From Candidatus Heimdallarchaeota archaeon (GTDB taxonomy: Archaea; Asgardarchaeota; Heimdallarchaeia; Heimdallarchaeales; Heimdallarchaeaceae), in the NCBI GenBank assembly GCA_021399345.1, contig JAAFKI010000199.1, positions 1 to 41,762 of the forward strand: a stretch of DNA of 41,762 bases. The letters are read 5' to 3'. The number at the start of each line of letters is the position of its first letter. Position 1 is the stretch's first letter. The notes under the pieces are model-generated. The model was not told the origin of the DNA. It made no database searches and saw nothing but the letters and a program-made list of their open reading frames with translations. Both the position numbers and the translations under genes were made by a program. This document shows positions 37,008 through 41,762 of this stretch, piece by piece.

Positions 37008-37538
37008 ATGTCAAAAGATGATCCAATTGGTTTTGAGGTTATATACTTCAAAGAATCCTTAAGAACATGGTATGAGATTAAAGATATATCATCAAACAAA
37101 CCAGTATTTGAGGTTAATGTTATAAATAGTCGTAAACCCGGATATTACCTACAAGATTCAAAAGGGAGAGAAATTTTAGCATTAAAGAGAATTTCAAGTA
37201 GATCAAATGTTTATAGGTTTTTTCAGAATGACGTTAGATATGCAACGTTCTCTTATTCAACAAGTTGTTGCAATACAAATTATGAGATTCAAACAAAGAT
37301 GAAGACATACATAGGATCAGGATTCATAGGTTCAACCTTTCAATTTGTGAGTAAAAACGGAAAGGTATCATTTGAAGTATACAAAGGTTTCAGAGGTTTT
37401 AGAAATAACAGTACAATAGAAGTTTATGATAGTATTGAACCAGAAGTAGCAATATTGGTTGCCATATTACTTGATCAACTTGCTCTGAAACAACAAAGAA
37501 ATCGGATGTCAGATACCCAACTACACCATCGTATATGA
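37008..37538 (+). CDS. LURP-one/Tubby-C/scramblase-like protein
   Basis: Repeated beta-hairpin pattern (Y.I.D...F.V; LQDSKGREI) with a hydrophobic C-terminal helix ending in D (VAILVAILLD). Confidence 0.65.
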   Translation: MSKDDPIGFEVIYFKESLRTWYEIKDISSNKPVFEVNVINSRKPGYYLQDSKGREILALKRISSRSNVYRFFQNDVRYATFSYSTSCCNTNYEIQTKMKTYIGSGFIGSTFQFVSKNGKVSFEVYKGFRGFRNNSTIEVYDSIEPEVAILVAILLDQLALKQQRNRMSDTQLHHRI

Positions 37539-37602
37539 AATAAAATGAATTGTCTTCTTTTTAGCTAGATATATAATAGCTTACTTACTATTATTAAATG
37601 AG

Positions 37603-38121
37603 ATGAGGGAAAAAGTACCACACGGATTTGCCATCTATCCTCAAATGTCATTATTCAAATTGTCATACGATATTGTAGATCTTGCTAATGATAAGAAGAT
37701 GTTTACAGTTAAGAAAGATGGATTCATTAATGCTATCATTCATATTTATGATTATGAAGGACAGGAGATAATACGTGCAAAGAAAACTTCGTTTTGGAAA
37801 AATAGATACGTAATAGAAAAGAAAGGATTTCATATTGCTACTTTATTATTTACAAACAGTTTATGTGATAACAGAATCTATATTGATACTGATTCGGAAA
37901 GATTCATTGGTACAAGAATAAAAGGTAGATCATATCAATTTCTAGACTTGAAAGGAAATCTTGTTTTTCATTATGAAAGAAATGACTCATCATTTCACAA
38001 CGAATATCTGTTGGAAGTATATGATAGTATTCAACCTGAGATAGCTATATTATCAGCAATTATCATAGACATTGTTTTTAGAGGCCAACGAACAGCAATT
38101 ATAGCTGCACCAAGTTCTTGA
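37603..38121 (+). CDS. LURP-one/Tubby-C/scramblase-like protein (tandem paralog)
   Basis: Same pattern; shares EVYDSI.PE.AIL with the preceding ORF. Confidence 0.68.
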   Translation: MREKVPHGFAIYPQMSLFKLSYDIVDLANDKKMFTVKKDGFINAIIHIYDYEGQEIIRAKKTSFWKNRYVIEKKGFHIATLLFTNSLCDNRIYIDTDSERFIGTRIKGRSYQFLDLKGNLVFHYERNDSSFHNEYLLEVYDSIQPEIAILSAIIIDIVFRGQRTAIIAAPSS

Positions 38122-38196
38122 TTTGTGTTGAGCAATAATTTTTCATAAGATTTGAAAAGGAAAAATGAAGGAAAAAAAATCTTTCCTTAATTACGT

Positions 38197-39030
38197 TTAT
38201 TGTTTTTCATGTGCTTCATCAAAGAAATGTACTTTGTGTAGGATCTTTCCATCCTTACCATGTGGAGTTCTAATCATATGGTCTGTGGCTTTTTCTAATT
38301 CTCTGACTTCATCAGCGAGAAGACCAGCTTGTCTAACCATTTCATGAGCTCCAGCAACTTTAATCAGTGCTTTCTCTCTATCTTTTTCAACAAAACATCC
38401 ATTTACGTTTAAACTAGCTGCATGTTGAAGCATTGTTAAGGCAGCTAATGCTTTAGGTCTTGCATAAACATTAGAAAATGGATATGTTGTTGCTACACCT
38501 ATTGCTGACATATTGCGTGTGGGCAATTTTGGTTTTTCACCAGTTTTTAATTGCTCTATAACACCATCCATTAGTTCATTGATATATGCAAAGACACCAC
38601 AAGTACTGAAAGTTGTAATTATGTATCCGTTGAATAAACACATTTCTGTTGCATCAAGAAAATCTCTTTTAGCACCAATCATAGGATCAAATGGAACAAT
38701 AATATAGCCAACGCCATCTTCTTTCCATTTTGCTCTCACTTCTTTATCTCCACCATCTGAAACAACGATAAGTGGATACTTGTCTTTATATCTATCAATA
38801 ACAGATTGAGGTCCTTTATCATTGGCATTCGGAGAAATCATAACCATAAGATCTGTTTCAACTTGGTCAATTAAAGGAAAAATTCTTTCTACAGCATCAG
38901 GCTTCATTTTGGTTGATGAACTTATGACAGTAGCTTCAATATCTGTTCTACTAGCTCTCTCATCTAACATTATGTCAATTAATGTTGTTAGAGTGATATT
39001 TCCTATTTTAACAAAAGTTATCTTAACCAT
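38197..39030 (-). CDS. mtd: F420-dependent methylene-H4MPT dehydrogenase
   Basis: VKI..VKIGNI, LDERA.R.DI, ISPN, D.MIGAKR.FLD.TEM..FN, AHEM.R.A, RE.EK..D...RTPH. The ORF-track start is 39039. Confidence 0.92.
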   Translation of the reverse strand: MVKITFVKIGNITLTTLIDIMLDERASRTDIEATVISSSTKMKPDAVERIFPLIDQVETDLMVMISPNANDKGPQSVIDRYKDKYPLIVVSDGGDKEVRAKWKEDGVGYIIVPFDPMIGAKRDFLDATEMCLFNGYIITTFSTCGVFAYINELMDGVIEQLKTGEKPKLPTRNMSAIGVATTYPFSNVYARPKALAALTMLQHAASLNVNGCFVEKDREKALIKVAGAHEMVRQAGLLADEVRELEKATDHMIRTPHGKDGKILHKVHFFDEAHEKQ

Positions 39031-39152
39031 TGTAATCACGCTATCAGTTTCATGTACCCTTTATATATTATATTGTACGGCATTATTTCTCAACATTCAA
39101 AAATAAATAAATCGTAACGTTTTATAATGTCCTTTGTTTTATCTACTTCAGA

Positions 39153-39872
39153 ATGAAAAGAGACTCCCTAGTAATAGCTACTGCTTCAGTGATGATACTG
39201 GCGTTTACGCTGTCTTTGCTTAACATCTATGTCTTTCCAGATATTTTCTTTAACACTAAAATAGAATACAATACTCAAAGCGATACTTTACTTGGGCTTT
39301 TACATCAAGCAGAAAATATAGGGGTAAATTCCGATCTCTTTGAAAATATGAACATCACTTATCTTCTTTATGATGCTCCTGAAAATGCTTTGGTGAACAT
39401 TTCACTTATAATTTCGTCAATAGAAAGTAGAGTTTCAGCTGTTTATGATTTCCCAGAGTTGATGCCCAGAAGAATGACGCTGAATTATAATGGAACAATA
39501 CTTGGGGTTTCCAGCAATTCTTCACTGTATGAAGACTGGATAGAAACAGTCTTTGATAATGGTGAGGGGGGAACTTATTTCAGCTACTGGGATAATGTAA
39601 CAGAAGAATATATCAGTCATTCTAGACATGAAAATTTGAATGTAACTGATTATACTATAGAAGATGCAAAAAACACTTTAGCAACAATCTTTCAAGACGA
39701 GAATAGAAGACCAGATTTCGTAATCTATCAATTTGTATCTTACACAGAAAGCAGAGGGCTTTTCAATAGGTATTCTACAGATTTTGAAAGAATCATTTTC
39801 GTTGAAGCTGGTGGTTCAGTTACTTTTTTTATGTCAAATGAAGGTATATGGAAAAAACCTTTTCTCCTATAG
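39153..39872 (+). CDS. Hypothetical N-terminally anchored exported protein
   Basis: N-terminal TM segment, several N-x-S/T sequons, and TTTTATAA about 28 nt upstream. Confidence 0.6.
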   Translation: MKRDSLVIATASVMILAFTLSLLNIYVFPDIFFNTKIEYNTQSDTLLGLLHQAENIGVNSDLFENMNITYLLYDAPENALVNISLIISSIESRVSAVYDFPELMPRRMTLNYNGTILGVSSNSSLYEDWIETVFDNGEGGTYFSYWDNVTEEYISHSRHENLNVTDYTIEDAKNTLATIFQDENRRPDFVIYQFVSYTESRGLFNRYSTDFERIIFVEAGGSVTFFMSNEGIWKKPFLL

Positions 39873-39927
39873 AACATTTAGTTTCCTTTTACACAACTTT
39901 AAAATATAGAATCATCAAATTGAAGAT

Positions 39928-40431
39928 ATGGCACAATCAAGCACTCCATTTGGTTTTAAAGTAACACAAAGAATATTTACTTTAAGATCAACTTATGATA
40001 TTTTTGATGTAGTTACAGATAATAAGGTCTTTATTGCTAAAAAACGAATGTTTACCTGGAGACCCACAATAATTATAGAAAATATCCAAGGGCAAGAAGT
40101 AGCTAAAATAACAGCAAATTACTTCTTCCAAAATAAATGGAAAATCACTGTGGGATCAGACTTAATTGGAGAAATAGAATTCCCAATAATAAAATTCTGT
40201 GGTATAAAATTTGATATTATGCTTGCTGGAAACCACTATACTGCTTCTGATGTTTTTGGATGGTCTTTTAAAGCAGTAGGCAGAGATGGAAGTATAGGTT
40301 TTACTTTAGATAAGAAATTTTTCAGAATTAAGGATACTTATAGAGTAGATGTCTATCCACCACTAGAGCCCATATTCGGGCTTGCAGCAGTTCTTGCAGT
40401 TGATTCTAGATACTATCGATCAAGTCGTTAG
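39928..40431 (+). CDS. LURP-one/Tubby-C/scramblase-like protein (third paralog)
   Basis: QRIFTLRSTYDI, KKFFRIKDTYRVDV and terminal LAAVLAVD are typical LURP-one-related features. Confidence 0.75.
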   Translation: MAQSSTPFGFKVTQRIFTLRSTYDIFDVVTDNKVFIAKKRMFTWRPTIIIENIQGQEVAKITANYFFQNKWKITVGSDLIGEIEFPIIKFCGIKFDIMLAGNHYTASDVFGWSFKAVGRDGSIGFTLDKKFFRIKDTYRVDVYPPLEPIFGLAAVLAVDSRYYRSSR

Positions 40432-40486
40432 ATTCTCCTTTTTTTCTTTTGAAAGATTTTTAAATACTTACTTTTTCTCATTATTA

Positions 40487-41353
40487 ATGAATAAGAAAAG
40501 GAAAGAATATGTTTTGCCTTTAGTTTCCCAATTTGAAAAAGAAGCAAAGCCACTTGATGTGATGATGTCAGATAATACTACAATTAGAGTTTTTACAACT
40601 AAGGCTCCTGCAGATAAAAGAAATGGTTATACATTATTTATTATTTCAGGATGGGGGACAGTCTTACCGTCGTGGAATGAGCTTCTTATTGATGCTTTCA
40701 AGGATTTTGATATAGTATATTTTGAATCAAGAGAGAAAGGCTCAAGCAGTTTTACTCGAAAATCTGATCGTGGCATGTACAGAATGGCATTGGACATTAA
40801 AGACACTATTACAAATCTTAAGTTAAATGAATCAAAACTTGTTCTTTTTGGATCTTGTATTGGAGCAACAACTATTGTTTATGGTATGGTTGAAGAGATG
40901 TATAATCCTTATATGCCAGTGTTGTTGGCACCTCCTGGAAGATTCGAAGTTCCTCCTGTTTTAAGTTATTTAATACCTATTAGTCCTACTTTTCTCTGGT
41001 CAATTGCTAAACCTATTCTTCGATTCTGGGTCAATAAATTCAAGACAGAAGATCAAAAACAAGCTGCTAAATATTTACGAACTATCGAAGAAGCTGATGC
41101 TAAACGTTGGAAGAGATTAGGTTTGAAAATTGTCTTTAAGAGATATTGGAAAACCTTCCCAAAAGTAAAAAATCATGTACTTCTTATCGCTGCGGAAAGA
41201 GACAAAATGCATGATGCTGAAGATACTATGAAAGTTTCCAAGATGATCAAAAATTCAACTTATCTTAATCTTGAAACGAATAGTAATACTCACTCAAGTG
41301 TTATGGTTGATACGATAAGAGAATATTTACCAATATTTGAAGGAAAAAACTAA
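40487..41353 (+). CDS. Alpha/beta hydrolase with Cys at the nucleophile elbow
   Basis: ISGWG, GSCIG, AERD and NTHS. TTTTTAAATA lies 21-30 nt before ATG 40487; the ORF-track start 40382 overlaps the previous gene. Confidence 0.75.
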   Translation: MNKKRKEYVLPLVSQFEKEAKPLDVMMSDNTTIRVFTTKAPADKRNGYTLFIISGWGTVLPSWNELLIDAFKDFDIVYFESREKGSSSFTRKSDRGMYRMALDIKDTITNLKLNESKLVLFGSCIGATTIVYGMVEEMYNPYMPVLLAPPGRFEVPPVLSYLIPISPTFLWSIAKPILRFWVNKFKTEDQKQAAKYLRTIEEADAKRWKRLGLKIVFKRYWKTFPKVKNHVLLIAAERDKMHDAEDTMKVSKMIKNSTYLNLETNSNTHSSVMVDTIREYLPIFEGKN

Positions 41354-41397
41354 TTACTTGAGTTAAGATTTAAATAGAAATTCTTCTATTTCTTCTT

Positions 41398-41762
41398 GTG
41401 AAAATCAAATCGTTAGGTCTAGAAAATGTATTTTCTGTTGAATGGATAGCAGAAAAGAATGCTATACAGTTAATCGATCAAAGGCTTATTCCTTTTGAGA
41501 TTAAATTCAATATCTACTCCAATGTTTTGGATATTTGTGAAGCTATTAAAACAATGGTCGTTCGTGGTGCTCCTGCAATTGGAGCAACAGCGGCTTATGC
41601 TACAGCTCTTGCAGTTAAGGAAATAGAAAACATACCAGTTTGTGACAAAAAAGAAAAGTTAGAGGAAAAATTGGATATGATTCAAGCAACTCGACCAACA
41701 GCTGTTGATTTGAAAAATTACTCATTTCTAGTCTATCAAGCAGCCTTGGAAACAAATTTCTC
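41398..41762 (+). CDS. mtnA: Methylthioribose-1-phosphate isomerase / eIF2B-family protein, 5' part (runs off the window)
   Basis: From GTG 41398 it reads ...LIDQRLIP...AIKTMVVRGAPAIG...TRPTAVDL. TTTAAATA lies about 25 nt upstream. Confidence 0.85.
   Translation, partial: MKIKSLGLENVFSVEWIAEKNAIQLIDQRLIPFEIKFNIYSNVLDICEAIKTMVVRGAPAIGATAAYATALAVKEIENIPVCDKKEKLEEKLDMIQATRPTAVDLKNYSFLVYQAALETNF

Overview
AT-rich archaeal genome window, most likely from an Asgard archaeon. That assignment is inferred from the co-occurrence of Arf-like and Rag-like small GTPases, a 7-TM/longin-like protein, NreA with a PIP box, F420-dependent Mtd, a tungsten-type AOR, and archaeal TATA-box and GGTG Shine-Dalgarno signals. 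The main feature is a ~15-kb cluster (about 14950-30210) that appears to be a self-sufficient ACP-dependent fatty-acid/polyketide system. Its core is a 3357-aa megasynthase with the unusual order pseudoER-ER(FabK/PfaD-like)-KS-AT-KS-ACP-ACP-KR-DH-PPTase. Around it lie a translationally coupled Ser alpha/beta hydrolase (candidate thioesterase), all three acyl-CoA carboxylase subunits and a biotin ligase. Both ACPs carry Thr (GIDT) instead of the normally invariant phosphopantetheine Ser. Four coding elements that the ORF track misses were found by hand translation: a truncated ORF with 15-aa tandem repeats at the left edge, an orphan 3' end of a Rag-like GTPase gene, a PmbA/TldE C-terminal relic and a 55-aa single-pass membrane ORF. 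A partial mtnA also lies at the right edge. No rRNA, tRNA, CRISPR array, integrase or transposase was recognised. All family calls come from motif recognition, not from database searches.
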